DNA from: Eledone cirrhosa
Taxonomy: Eukaryota
Direction of reading: 5' to 3'
DNA length: 64,000 bases
NCBI GenBank assembly: GCA_964016885.1
Contig: OZ024763.1
Coordinates: forward strand, 27,838,001 to 27,902,000
Shown: piece by piece, positions 44,253 through 57,658 of the stretch
How the letters are laid out: every line of letters begins with the position of its first letter
Numbering within the stretch: the stretch's first letter is position 1
Notes under the pieces: generated by a model
What the model was told of the DNA's origin: nothing
The model's database searches: none
Seen by the model: only the letters and a program-made list of their open reading frames with translations
Made by a program: the position numbers and the translations under genes

Positions 44253-44813
44253 GGGTTCTGTAATCGTTGGAGGCCAATCTTACTGAGATATTAGGTAGTA
44301 CTCCTCCTGAGAGTTCTTGGCTATTTCAGCGTCTTAGACCCACTCTCAGCCATGGTAGCTTGCATCAAAAAAATTTAAGTGTGGGGGCAACACTAGTATT
44401 CCCTTTTGTAGAAAGTAATTGGGTATAGATAAGTGGTCCCTTTGTTTTTTTTTTTTGTTTTGTTTTTTTTGCTCCTTGAAAATTACATTTTGGGTACACG
44501 TGTCTGTGGGGTGTACAGCCACATGCACATTAACTTCAAATATATACTGCAACACTGTTCGAACTTATAGACCACACATTGGGGGTGGGGAGGGGTCAGT
44601 CCTGCAGCTGGTTATCTGGGGGACGAAAGGGTGCTTGTGTCTGCTCGTAACTTCAAGGGTACATAAAACACACACACACACACACACACACGTGTGTGTA
44701 TTTACAACCCTTATCGAGTCCTCTTTGGATTTTGGTCTTTTTATTTATTACTACTATTATATATACATATATATAGTTTTACTTATATCCTACACGGTGG
44801 AGACATTATTATA

Positions 44814-44860
<47 letters not shown>

Positions 44861-45060
44861 TAACAAATGGAAACTATATTTATAAAACCATATTTATTTC
44901 ATTATACATATTTCAAGGACACCAAGGCAAATTATGGTGCGATTTCATCATATAAAATATAATATAGATCAGTTTTATAAATAAATATTGACATACCCTT
45001 AAAGAATGCGACCATTTCTGTTGGAAGCTCCCGGATAATGAGGTTACTAATTTTATTATT

Positions 45061-45115
<55 letters not shown>

Positions 45116-45289
45116 CGTTTATCTATTTTTTCTTCATCTTACATTTTAGACTTAGCTCCATTAAAATGATTATTTGCCTCGTTAATTTCTATGGACTAAG
45201 AAAAAATATTAGGTAAATATTATCTGACTCTTCCTCACATAGGAATATCGATGACTATTCTTCAAACTTATAATTTTATATATAATATA

Positions 45290-45346
<57 letters not shown>

Positions 45347-45826
45347 CATACATAGACGACTGGTTACGCCTTCATTACGTTTATTGGTTGGTGACGGGGG
45401 TTTCGCTACTGATCAGTTCAAGTTTCGATCTGTGTATATATATATGAAAAAATGGGGAGAAGAATACTGCAGGTTGCACATGGATAACATGTTATAAAAT
45501 GAGTCCCTCATCAGTGATTTGCCAACGATCATAGAAATTTCATTGCATTAAAAATCATATACCTCACGTTGGTGCAATAATAACTAAATTAAGTTATTAG
45601 GACAAATAAAACGCGTAAAGCGAGTGAGACAAGATAACAACAAAGAGGAGAGCTAACCGTAGATAGGAAGAGGCACAAGCTACATAGTTATTCTGTCAGC
45701 ATAAGACCAAGGACTAGTATTATTGTTGTTTATTTATATATCTACGAACTTTTCAATACAGCCAGAATTATTCACGAATAGTGAAGAAAGGCCAAAAATG
45801 TTCAGTTAATTCATTGCGCATAGGCC

Positions 45827-45862
<36 letters not shown>

Positions 45863-45963
45863 CAGAATGAATGAGGGAGAAGGCAATACATTTAAAAACA
45901 AACTTCGGCTAGTATACTGTATCACAATCTTTTCTCTCCTACATTCTTATGATACATATCCCT

Positions 45964-46016
<53 letters not shown>

Positions 46017-46020
<4 letters not shown>

Positions 46021-46406
46021 TAAGGAAAAGCGAAGTAGTTTCAGATGTTCAAGTCCTTTAATAATAATGCTGTGATATATATTTCAATGACGACACTGGC
46101 CACACTGTCGACAAGGGAACGGATGAAAAACCCAAAAGCACGAACTTCATCCGTTCCCATGTCGATTCAATTTGGATTGCCTCGGAAACATAACCTTATT
46201 ATGTAACACGCTGTCTGATGATGACCCGACACTCGCACACAGAACAGTGTGGCCAGTGTCGTCATTGAAATATATATCACAGCATTATTATTAAAGGACT
46301 TGAACATCTGAAACTACTTCGCTTTTCCTTATTCGATATTTACTCCGTAACTCCAATGTGGAAAGAGTACGTTGAGTGCTTGAATTGAATTGCATCAATG
46401 TTTACC

Positions 46407-46410
<4 letters not shown>
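46017..46410 (+). mobile_element. Palindromic hammerhead island with structured spacer
   Basis: About 90-bp arms at 46017-46108 and 46244-46334. HHR at 46210-46283: gctgt CTGATGA tgac..gtca tt GAAA tatata TC acagc. Tail has nested ACTC/GAGT pairs at 46342-46379. Confidence 0.85.
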
Positions 46411-46441
<31 letters not shown>

Positions 46442-46778
46442 TAAAATAACAGGAGGTTTGACAGGTTGAAGTCCCTTAATTTTACTTTATAACAGATTTA
46501 ATTATGTTTCCGCACCACCAACATGATTCAACAATAAAGAGGGACGAGTCGCATAACGTCGAGTGCTTTTTCCATTTCACATCACATTGCAGAATGATCA
46601 ATTCTACCCAGTGGTAAACCACCAAATTTAAACATATATGATTCGTTTTGGAATTTGTTTTGCGAGATTATCTGAAAACGTGTGTTGAAACAGATATTGT
46701 TGTACTTTGGGTAGATCATTTCAATAAAACACAGGTGTGTGTTTTATTGGCAACATGACCCCCCCCCCCACCCAAGTA

Positions 46779-46825
<47 letters not shown>

Positions 46826-46879
46826 TAATAAAAATAATGAATAAAAACAAAGAAACGGTTCCTTATATTAAAAAAATTC

Positions 46880-47007
46880 ATTTTACGATCGTTTCTAGGA
46901 TATATATGTTTGTATTGGTATGTATATCATATAGATCTATGTAAAATTTTTACAAACTATCAGAGGGAATATACATACCTACACATATATATGCTGTCTT
47001 CAGAAAT
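46880..47007 (-). ncRNA. Hammerhead motif with ~100-nt stem II insertion
   Basis: Reverse complement: attt CTGAAGA [~100 nt] GAAA cgatcg TA aaat. Palindrome ACGATCGT. Second copy at 51333-51464 (TTGAAGA). Confidence 0.7.
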
Positions 47008-47011
47008 AATG

Positions 47012-47046
<35 letters not shown>

Positions 47047-47260
47047 AATGTAATCTGAATTTTTCGTATACTAATGATAATCGAATCATTTGCAAACACT
47101 TTTATAAATCATGTCAGTAGAATGAGCCCCTCATTCCCGCTCTTGTATTGGCATGCAAACAGAACTAGTTATATATATATACACACACACACGCCTTCAT
47201 TGGACCTATACCATTAAGTTCACATGAAGATATGTCACTATCTTAACACCAAATATTATA

Positions 47261-47317
47261 TTTTATCTGATAAAAGCGTACTTAAATATTAGTACCCTTG
47301 AAATACGTATAATAAAA
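47261..47317 (+). ncRNA. Hammerhead motif (G8A-mutated)
   Basis: ttttat CTGATAA aagcgtact taaatatt agtaccctt GAAA tacgta TA ataaaa. Confidence 0.7.
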
Positions 47318-47330
47318 TATGATTTTATAA

Positions 47331-47364
<34 letters not shown>

Positions 47365-47476
47365 TATTTATTAATATTGTTTATATATATATATATTCCA
47401 TTTTACGAGGTCGATAAAATAAAGTACCAGTAATGCACTGGGATAATTGATGGCCTCGTGCTAAAAGTAGAAACAA

Positions 47477-47513
<37 letters not shown>

Positions 47514-47550
47514 CATTTATTAATCTTGTTAATATATATATAACTTTGAT

Positions 47551-47604
<54 letters not shown>

Positions 47605-47605
47605 T

Positions 47606-47750
47606 ATTAGAAATGTAAGCTATCGCCGTATTTTGACTAAAGAAATTAAAGAAATTATTATATCAGGCTAAATAATTTCTTTAGTCAAAATACGGCGATA
47701 GCTTACATTTCTAATAATTTCAAACGTACTCGCTGTTTCGAAAATATTCT

Positions 47751-47755
<5 letters not shown>
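47606..47755 (+). mobile_element. Palindromic island without a recognisable hammerhead
   Basis: About 43-bp arms ATTAGAAATGTAAGCTATCGCCG../..CGGCGATAGCTTACATTTCTAAT, then ACTC 12 nt later, all within (TA)n. Confidence 0.65.
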
Positions 47756-47799
<44 letters not shown>

Positions 47800-48026
47800 G
47801 CCAAAGTAATTAAACAAATTTATGATATATTGTTTTAGACAATATTTCTATCGTAGGTGTAATGCGTTTCATTTATTCTCATTTAGACATTTACAACAAA
47901 AAAACATGAAACAATCTGAATAAAAACTGTCGCTCAAATCAATATTCGTATTGTGAAGTGAGAAGAACTTAAACTGAAATATTTAACAGACAAAAATATC
48001 TTTACATAACATAAATCTTAACTAAC

Positions 48027-48237
48027 CTTTCATGAAACAGTAAAAATCCTTGGTTAATCCAGTTATCGTCTGTTTTGTAAATGGTATAAACAGGAATACT
48101 TGACTAACAATCCTTTCCTGGTGTAGACAGAATGTGGACTGAATGAAGATTGAAAGCGCATGCGTAAAGCTAACGACGCCATTCTCAAGCACCAGATTCA
48201 GCCCACGATGGCCTTTTATACTTCCGGTATCTTTAAC
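48027..48237 (-). other. Candidate exon or promoter-first exon of an unknown gene
   Basis: Non-repetitive island bounded on the minus strand by TTTTTCAG|G and AAG|GTTAGT. Contains CCGGAAGT, TATAAAA and GAGAATGGCG. No recognisable protein. Confidence 0.3.
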
Positions 48238-48305
48238 CTGAAAAATCATGTTGCTGGCCTTGTGCCTTAATTAAAAACAATTGTTATTATTATTATTATT
48301 ATTAT

Positions 48306-48343
<38 letters not shown>

Positions 48344-48524
48344 TTCTCCCGAATGAAACAGTTCTCGTCCTGTAGAACCCATTTCTATATTAACTATTTA
48401 TACTCTGTTATGTATTGAGTACCTTACTAACTGTGGTTATCCCTGATTGAACCTGAAACAAACATATATATATATATCTGTGTGTGCGTAACGGCAAGAG
48501 CTCAGCCGCCGAGCCCTGACTCTC

Positions 48525-48560
<36 letters not shown>

Positions 48561-48675
48561 AAGGCGAGTAAAATTCCCGAGATCCATGGACGAGTTCTCT
48601 CCAGCGGTCTCTGTCCCTCATTATCGCTGCCATGTCATGCGTCTCCAACAGACCAGTGTCTGTCCTTAGGGCATC

Positions 48676-48730
<55 letters not shown>

Positions 48731-49096
48731 CATACATACATACATACATACATACATACATACATACATACATACATACATGTATGTATATATATATGTA
48801 TATATATATATATATATATACATATAAACATATATATATACATACATTCATATATATATATTTATATATATATATATATAAATTAAAGTTTAATTAGTCT
48901 CTAATACCCAACCCTCTCAATGAAAGAAATCACTCAGAGAATCAATATTTTATTATTCAATTGTTGATGGCTCCCACAACAATTCCACCACATATGAAAC
49001 CATTTTAGGAAGATCTGTATATAAGCGAAGTTTGATAAAAAAATCTTTCTCCTCTATCTTGTTTATACTCTCAGAATTAGATTTTTTTCTCATTTA

Positions 49097-49151
<55 letters not shown>

Positions 49152-49350
49152 AGAAAAACCACAGACCCTCCATCTCAACTCACCTTTTGAAAAGCAGAAG
49201 AACTGCGAAACCGGTAAAGGAACCAAATAAATATATATATTTTTAAAAAAAATAAGACTCTAGTTGCATTTTCGATTTCATCTCTTTTTCTTTATACTTT
49301 CACTCGTGTAGGCACCTCGGTTATTTTTCATTTTGTAAAAAAAACCTCAC

Positions 49351-49382
<32 letters not shown>

Positions 49383-49383
<1 letters not shown>

Positions 49384-49567
49384 GTTTTAATATAGATGAG
49401 ATTCTACAGGACTAGAACTGTTTCATTCTTTAGAAATCATCAGATGATTTCTAAAGAATGAAACAGTTCTAGTCCTGTATAATCTCATCTATATTAAAAC
49501 TTTTATACTCTGCAATGTATTGAGTACCTTACTTACTGTGGTTACCTCCGATTCAACCCGGAATAAC

Positions 49568-49568
<1 letters not shown>
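49383..49568 (+). mobile_element. Palindromic hammerhead island (same family as 59492-59682, 48341-48463, 37918-37975, 38040-38160, 35095-35150)
   Basis: About 58-bp arms meeting at ATCATC-A-GATGAT. GATGA tttc taaa gaat GAAA cagttctagtcctg TA. Tail ACTC..GAGTAC at 49507-49527. Confidence 0.85.
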
Positions 49569-49621
<53 letters not shown>

Positions 49622-49688
49622 AACAAGAGTAACTAAACATTACACACACATATGTATATATGTGTGTGTGTATACAGGTACATGTGTG

Positions 49689-49726
<38 letters not shown>

Positions 49727-49827
49727 CATTTATATATACATATATACATATATATACATATATACACATATATATATACACATATATATATATATATATA
49801 TACATATATATATACATATATACATAA

Positions 49828-49874
<47 letters not shown>

Positions 49875-50340
49875 CGTATACACACACACACATACATGTG
49901 TGTGTATGTATGTGTGTGTGAAGTAATTAATTTGACACATCATTAGAAAACCAGACGTGTGGGCGGGTTCTTTTCCTCATTTTGTGGTTTCTAGCTTCCG
50001 TTTGCTGAAGATATAATTAATTATTTCTACATTTGGCACAAGGCCAGCAATAACCCAGTGCATTACTGGTACTTTATTTTATCGACCCTGTAAGGATGAA
50101 AGGCAAATGCTCTCTAACTTAAACACAAGGCCACACATTTCGTGGGTGAGGGCTCAGTGGATTAAGTCGACACAAATATTCTTTGATTCTTTTATTCTAC
50201 AAGTTTCATAGGACCTTGAAGACCAGTCAACACTCCCCGTCCGGCGGAGAGATATCCCACCCACCCACTTTGAGGGGGTTGAGAGATGACTTATCTTGTG
50301 AAAATGGGTTTGGATTTCATTATGTAAAATCTCCCCATTT

Positions 50341-51157
50341 AGGGTGGTGGATTGGCAGTATCGGTAGAGGGTCGGACGCCATTCTCGGGCGGTGGATTGG
50401 CAGTGTCGGTAGAGGGTCGGACGCCATGCTAGGGTGGTGGATTGGCAGTGTCGGTAGAGGGTCGGACACCATGCTAGGGTGGTAGATTGGCAGTGTCGGT
50501 AGAGGGTCGGACGCCATGCTAGGGCGGTGGATTGGCAGTATCGGTAGAGGGTCGGACGCCATGCTCGGGTGGTGGATTGGCAGTATCGGTAGAGGGTCGG
50601 ACGCTATGCTAGGGCGGTGGATTGGCAGTGTCGGTAGAGGGTCGGACGCCATGCTCGGGTGGTGGATTGGCAGTGTCGGTAGAGGGTCGGACGCCATGCT
50701 CGGGTGGTGGATTGGCAGTGTCGGTAGAGGGTCGGACGCCATGCTCGGGTGGTGGATTGGCAGTGTCGGTAGAGGGTCGGACGCCATGCTCGGGTGGTGG
50801 ATTGGCAGTGTCGGTAGAGGGTCGGACGCCATGCTAGGGCGGTGGATTGGCAGTGTCGGTAGAGGGTCGGACGCCATGTTCGGGTGGTGGATTGGCAGTG
50901 TCGGTAGAGGGTCGGACGCCATGCTAGGGTGGTGGATTGGCAGTGTCGGTAGAGCGTCGGACGCCATGCTAGGGTGGTGGATTGGCAGTATCGGTAGAGG
51001 GTCGGACGCCATGCTTTCCAGCATAGTTACGTCCATTTACGATCTGAGTTCAAATCCCGCCAAGGTTGACTTTGCCTTTCATCCTTACGGGGTCGATAAA
51101 ATAAAGTACCAGTAATGCACTGGGATAATTGCTGGCCTTGTGCCTAACGTAGAAACA
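50341..51157 (+). mobile_element. SINE A with 15 tandem 45-bp heads and a 22-bp target-site duplication
   Basis: TSD ATTATGTAAAATCTCCCCATTT at 50319-50340 and 51158-51179. Inserted into a repeat whose uninterrupted relative lies at about 51535-51712. Confidence 0.95.
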
Positions 51158-51259
51158 ATTATGTAAAATCTCCCCATTTTTGCCACACTTCTCTCCGTTC
51201 TGGGGGCATTTTTTATCATGGAACTCCCTGTTTGGGATTTTAGATTTTGGCAGATCTGG

Positions 51260-51290
<31 letters not shown>

Positions 51291-51464
51291 TAATAAACAA
51301 AGAAACAGTTCCTTATATTAAAAAAATTCATCATTTTACGATCGTTTCTAGGATATATATGTGTTGGTGTTGGTATGCATATTCTATAGATCTATGTAAA
51401 ATATTTATATAAACTATCAGAGGGAATATACATACCTACACATATATATGCTGTCTTCAAAAAT

Positions 51465-51537
<73 letters not shown>

Positions 51538-52214
51538 CTGTCAACTCCCACCGACCGACAGGGATATCTTTCACCCACTTTGGGGTGGGTGGGAGATGAC
51601 CTCTCTTGTGAAAATGGGTTTAGATTTCATTATGTAAAACCTCCTCGTTTTGGGGCACTTTTTATCATGGTACTCACCGTTAACCGTTTGGGTTTTTAGA
51701 TGTTGGCAGCTCTGCAATTGTGATTAAGATGTTCGTTTCGTAATTACATGGTTTTAGGATTCCTAATCTATCTTACCTGGCGGAATCTCTTCTACATTAA
51801 CCTCCAGTTGTCTACACCTTTCGAAGTGGGTATTTCGGTGACTGACACTGAAGAGAAGGAAGTCTGTTAGAGGACGCTGTCTTGTTATTGGGTTGGATAT
51901 TTCATATGTCCTCTCGTTCAATAACACCACCACTAAATCTAATACCAGCACCAGTACCACCATAACCTCCACCACCTCTAAAGCCAACGCCACTACCTGA
52001 GTTAGGTTTCCATTCTGTTGGTAACACTATTTCATTTTCACTCATGTATTTCTAACTTACCTTGTATTGGTTTTCCCAAGACAACCCTGACCACAAAGCA
52101 AATTAAACAAAAACGTGGAAAGGTCCGCTCCTTAGTTAAGGTGCTACCGAGATCCAGCCGAGCTTATGGATATTATCCAACAATCTTGCTCCAAGTCTAT
52201 TCCTGTGTCTCTCC

Positions 52215-52625
52215 AGCCGATTCGTTTTGCTCGTAAAATCTGTGCAGCTTTTCTTTCCTGAGACAATCTAACCACATGTTCTTAATATTGGAGCTGTGAT
52301 CTATCAATTTGGTACCTGCGGTATCTGGACCAACTACCTGATCTCTGAGCTACACATCTTATCGAGTAACGTTACTCAAAAGACTCTTCGGGTAATCCCA
52401 TTTCGGGGGCTTGTGTTCGGGATCGTATTTTTTTCGTTTATAATCCAAGAATCATAATCGTAGGTAAGGGTTGGCATGAATACCGAATTGAAGATAGTGA
52501 GTCTGGCGTTTATATAATCTTTTATTTTTCTGATTACCGAGTGCTGGAGCTGGGACACCACTGCACTATCTCCTGCAATTGTTGCACTTAATTCAGCCCC
52601 ATGCCTTCCATCACTGATAAACGTG
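52215..52625 (-). mobile_element. Degenerate RTE-like LINE fragment
   Basis: ARLTIFNSVFMPTLTYDYDSWII resembles the RTE K..Y...V.P.LLYG.E.W motif. Confidence 0.55.
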
Positions 52626-52670
52626 GCTTTGCCAGTTTACCACAATAAATCCATATATATATATATCTCA

Positions 52671-53032
52671 TCTAAGGCGGGTAAAATTCCCGAGATCCAT
52701 GGACGAGTTCTCTCCAGCGGTCTCTGTCCCTCATTATCGCTGCCAAGAAACTCACTCAGATGGTGGATGGGTGCTACACGAGAATGCTGAGGATGGCTCT
52801 GAACATTAATCAGTATACACTGAAGATGAAAAACTCAGAGCTGTATGGGAGCCTCCCAAAAGTCAGCTCAAAAGTGACACAGAGGAGACTGAGGTTAGCT
52901 GGACATGCTCACCGACATCCAGAGTTGATATTGCACTCAGTGCTCCTTTGGGATCCCCTACATGGACACACTAGAAGAGGAAGACCAAGGTTAACGTATG
53001 TTGATGCCCTAAGGACAGACACTGGTCTGTTG
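52671..53032 (-). mobile_element. RTE LINE 3' end with a 5' inversion
   Basis: 52671-52744 is the minus-strand 3' end (nearly identical to 48559-48631). 52745-53032 is the immediately upstream coding segment ([26 protein letters not shown]) on the plus strand. Confidence 0.85.
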
Positions 53033-54144
53033 GATATATATATATATAGTGTATATTTACAAAAATATATATATATATTTATATATATATATATATACAA
53101 ATATATATATATATATATATATACAAATATATATATATATATATATATATTTACATATATATTTACAAATATATATATATATATATTTACAAATATATAT
53201 ATATATATATTTACAAATATATATATATATATATTTACAAATATATATATATTTACAAATATATATATATATATATACAAATATATATATATATACAAAT
53301 ATATATATATATATCTTTACAAATATATATATACATATATTTACAAATATATATATATATATATATATATCTTCACAAATATATATATATATATATATAT
53401 ATTTACAAATATATATATATATTATATATATATATATATTTACAAATATATATTGACAAATATATATATATATCAATTTACAAATATATATATATATATT
53501 TACAAATATATATATGTATATTTGCAAATATACACTATATATATATATACATATATATTTACAAATATACACTATATATATATATATATATATATTTACA
53601 AATATACACTATATATATATATATATAAATATATATTTACAAATATACACTATATATATATATTTACAAATATACACTATATATATTTACAAATATACAC
53701 TATATATATATATATACACACAATACATATATATATATATATACATAAACACGAAATAAAACATTTGAAATAAAAACAACCAAGCAACTTGTTACATGAA
53801 ACTCATCTTTTTTTTGTTTTTTGTTTGTTTACTTTATTTACATTGAGAATCAACAAAATCATTACAGTTTTTGTATTATTATTATCAATTATTATCATTA
53901 TCGTTATTTATTTTTTATTTTTTTGGTAATATTTTTTCTTTTCTTTTTGTGGGATAATTGTTTTTTTTTTTGTTTTTTTTCAAATAGTCTTCTTTTTGAC
54001 AGTACCAAACATTAGTACTTTTACAGAGCTGTACAGTGATACACGTGTGTTTGTTTTTATAATTTGTTTCTTTTGTTGTTGTTGTTGTTGTTGTTATTGT
54101 TTGTTTGTTATTGATGTTTATATTTCTGTAGTTTTCGGTGGGTG

Positions 54145-54187
<43 letters not shown>

Positions 54188-54426
54188 CGTTAGTATGTAT
54201 GTTTGTTGTTGTTATTGTGGTTGTTGTGGTGGTATTACTTTTATTTTTCAATAATTATTATAATTATTTATTCATTCGTGAGTTTTTTAGTTATTTGTGT
54301 GTGTGTGTGTGTGTGTGTTTTGAGTATATGTTTTATGTTAAAACGAAAGTGAAAATAGAAAGGGGCGGGGCAAAATTTATGTTGTATTTTCGTTATGAAT
54401 TAAAGCGTTTTAATTTGTATGTGCGC

Positions 54427-54512
<86 letters not shown>

Positions 54513-54938
54513 TGTATGTATGTATATGCCATTGTATATGTGTTGCTGTTGTAGTAATGGTATTGTTTTTCTCTTTATTTTAATGGGGGTTTCTTTTTAA
54601 GATTTGAAGTCATATGTACAAATAATAAAATCGAGGGGTTATAATCATCGTCATCCATTTTAATATTAATAATATCATTATTATTATTATTATTGTTATT
54701 ATTATTAATCAACATCATTATCATAAAATCAGCACTTTTCTTCTTCCCTCCCCACATGATTCAGACGCACACACACACAGATACAAACGCAAAGAGATGC
54801 GTATACACACGCTTACATATATACACACACCCATTCTAATCCCGCACCAAAATTTTTAACACCCATGCTGATTTTAGTTTTGTATTTTTCGTGTTTTTTA
54901 AATCTTTATACATACATATACTTAATTTGGGGATTTCT

Positions 54939-55008
<70 letters not shown>

Positions 55009-55058
55009 CATTGCTGAATTTTAACAGAATGCATACATGCACACACACATACACCGCT

Positions 55059-55095
<37 letters not shown>

Positions 55096-55318
55096 TAATA
55101 GCATGCGGGGGTATGCGTGTGTCCTGAATTGCTGCCCTCTGGGGATTTTTTGTATAAGGTTGACGGTTGCATAACATTCATCAAGAAGTAATACACAATT
55201 TGGGTTGCAGAGGGTTAATAACAGGTATGTATATATATATATATACATACATATATATATATATTGAGAGAGAAAAAGAGTAAGGAGGAGAGAGGGATTT
55301 TAGAGAGTTAATGAAAGA

Positions 55319-55360
<42 letters not shown>

Positions 55361-56883
55361 ATATATATGTATGTATGTATACGGAGATAGAGAGTGTGTG
55401 TATGTGTGTGTGAAGGGAGAGGGAGTATGTGTAAAAAAAATTTAATTTATCATTTGTGGTGTGAGAGCTGGGGTGCGAGTTGTTAAAAGTGAGAGAAACA
55501 TTATGAGGTGTGGGGGGGGGGGGGGGAGTGGGCATATAAATATTCAATTGTTGTTGATGAGGATGATGATGATGATGATGGTGATGTTTTCGAAGTGGTT
55601 GTTATAGTTGTTGTTGTTGTAAGAAATCAGAGAGAGAGAGAGAGAATAAGGAACTTGAGACAAAATAAGGTAACTTGATGAGTTTTGTATGCAAATGGTG
55701 TTGGGTGGGTTTTGTTGGGGGCAGGGGGAAATTGTTAAGGGTGTGAAATGGGGTTAATTTAGAATTGTTGTTTTGTTCTTTCGTTTCATTGTCTTTCAAA
55801 CCTTCGTCACTCTACAAGGCCTCCCCCCGCCTCCCCCCACCCCCACCTCTCGTTTAGAGTGCCAGCTAGCTAGCCAGCGAGTCCCGTTGCCCCAACCATC
55901 CATTCCTTTTATTTTACCACCGTTTGGAGAAAAATAAACAACAATAAAACAAAAAAAAGGCATATCAATATTGCTCCCCGACCCCAACCTCCATTCCCCA
56001 AACCCCAAGCTTTCCTCATCAACCACCTCAATGTGAGCAATTTCAACCATTCACATTTATGTACACATAAACACACATATATACACACAATTACACAAAT
56101 AGACTCAATAACATATATACACAGAACCACACATATATACACACATACAAACACATATATACACAGATACAAACACATATACACAAACACACATTTATAC
56201 AAACACACATTTGTACACACACAAACACATATATATACACACACACAAACACACATACAAACACATATTTATACACACAAACAAACAGATAAATACACAC
56301 AAACACACATATGTACACACAAACACACACATATACACACAAACACACATATATATATACACACACAAACACACATATATACACATACAAACCCACACTC
56401 AGAATATGTTTTTAAAATGTTTTAATATATATTTTGTCAATATATTCATTATTTTTTTCATTTCGTTTGTTTTTGTAATTTTTTTTTTCATTTTTCTTTT
56501 AGTTTTTTTTTCTTTAAAGTCAAGTGAATGATTTAAGGTGAGTGAGAGACCGAGTGATTCGAGTTGAGTAGGAGTTGAGTTGAGTGGAGTGGAGTGGAGC
56601 TGAGTTGAGTTAAGTTGAGTTAAGTTGAGTTTAGTGGAGTGAAAGAGGTGAATGTGAGAACTACTATTATCTGCTGTCGTCGCAGTATTATTATTATTAG
56701 TAGTAATAGCAATAGTATTGGTAATAGTGTTTGTTTTCAACCCTCACTCAGTAGAATATAACTGGTACATAGAAGTATTATTATTATTTTTTTTTTGTCC
56801 TCAGCAAAAAGAGGAAAGAATGAAAGGCAAAAAATATCGAGTACGCCATAACATTTAACAAATTCCACACAGACACGTGTATC

Positions 56884-56931
<48 letters not shown>

Positions 56932-57301
56932 TTTATATATATATATTTATATATATACATGGATATATATATATATATATCCATATACATGTATATACTT
57001 TTTAATATATACAAACACAGACACGATTTTTCTCCGACATTTTTTGTATTATACAAGTCGTTTTCTGTCAAACTTCGTCAAACACACATACACACATACA
57101 TACACACATGCACGCGCCCACACATACATACATTCGTACATACACGCACACGTTTCATAATTTTTTTTTTTCTTTGTACATCAATAGGGTTCACAAACAT
57201 GCATTGATCATGCATTGCTTAACATACAGTTTGCATGCACTTATGTGTATATATCCTGTATGTATTTATAATTATATATCTTTGTGTGTACATATATATA
57301 C

Positions 57302-57366
<65 letters not shown>

Positions 57367-57414
57367 ATATATATTTGTTTATATTTTTTTAAAAAAGCAT
57401 ATTTTTTAAATCCA

Positions 57415-57470
<56 letters not shown>

Positions 57471-57616
57471 GTGTATATATATATATATGAGGAGTTTTAA
57501 GCATAACGTTTCTGAAGGAAAAAAAAGGCAACATTCCCCCACCCCCATACCCCCATCTCCTTCAACAACAGGTATTAAAAAGAAATGACATATTTATACA
57601 CATACAAACACACACA

Positions 57617-57658
<42 letters not shown>

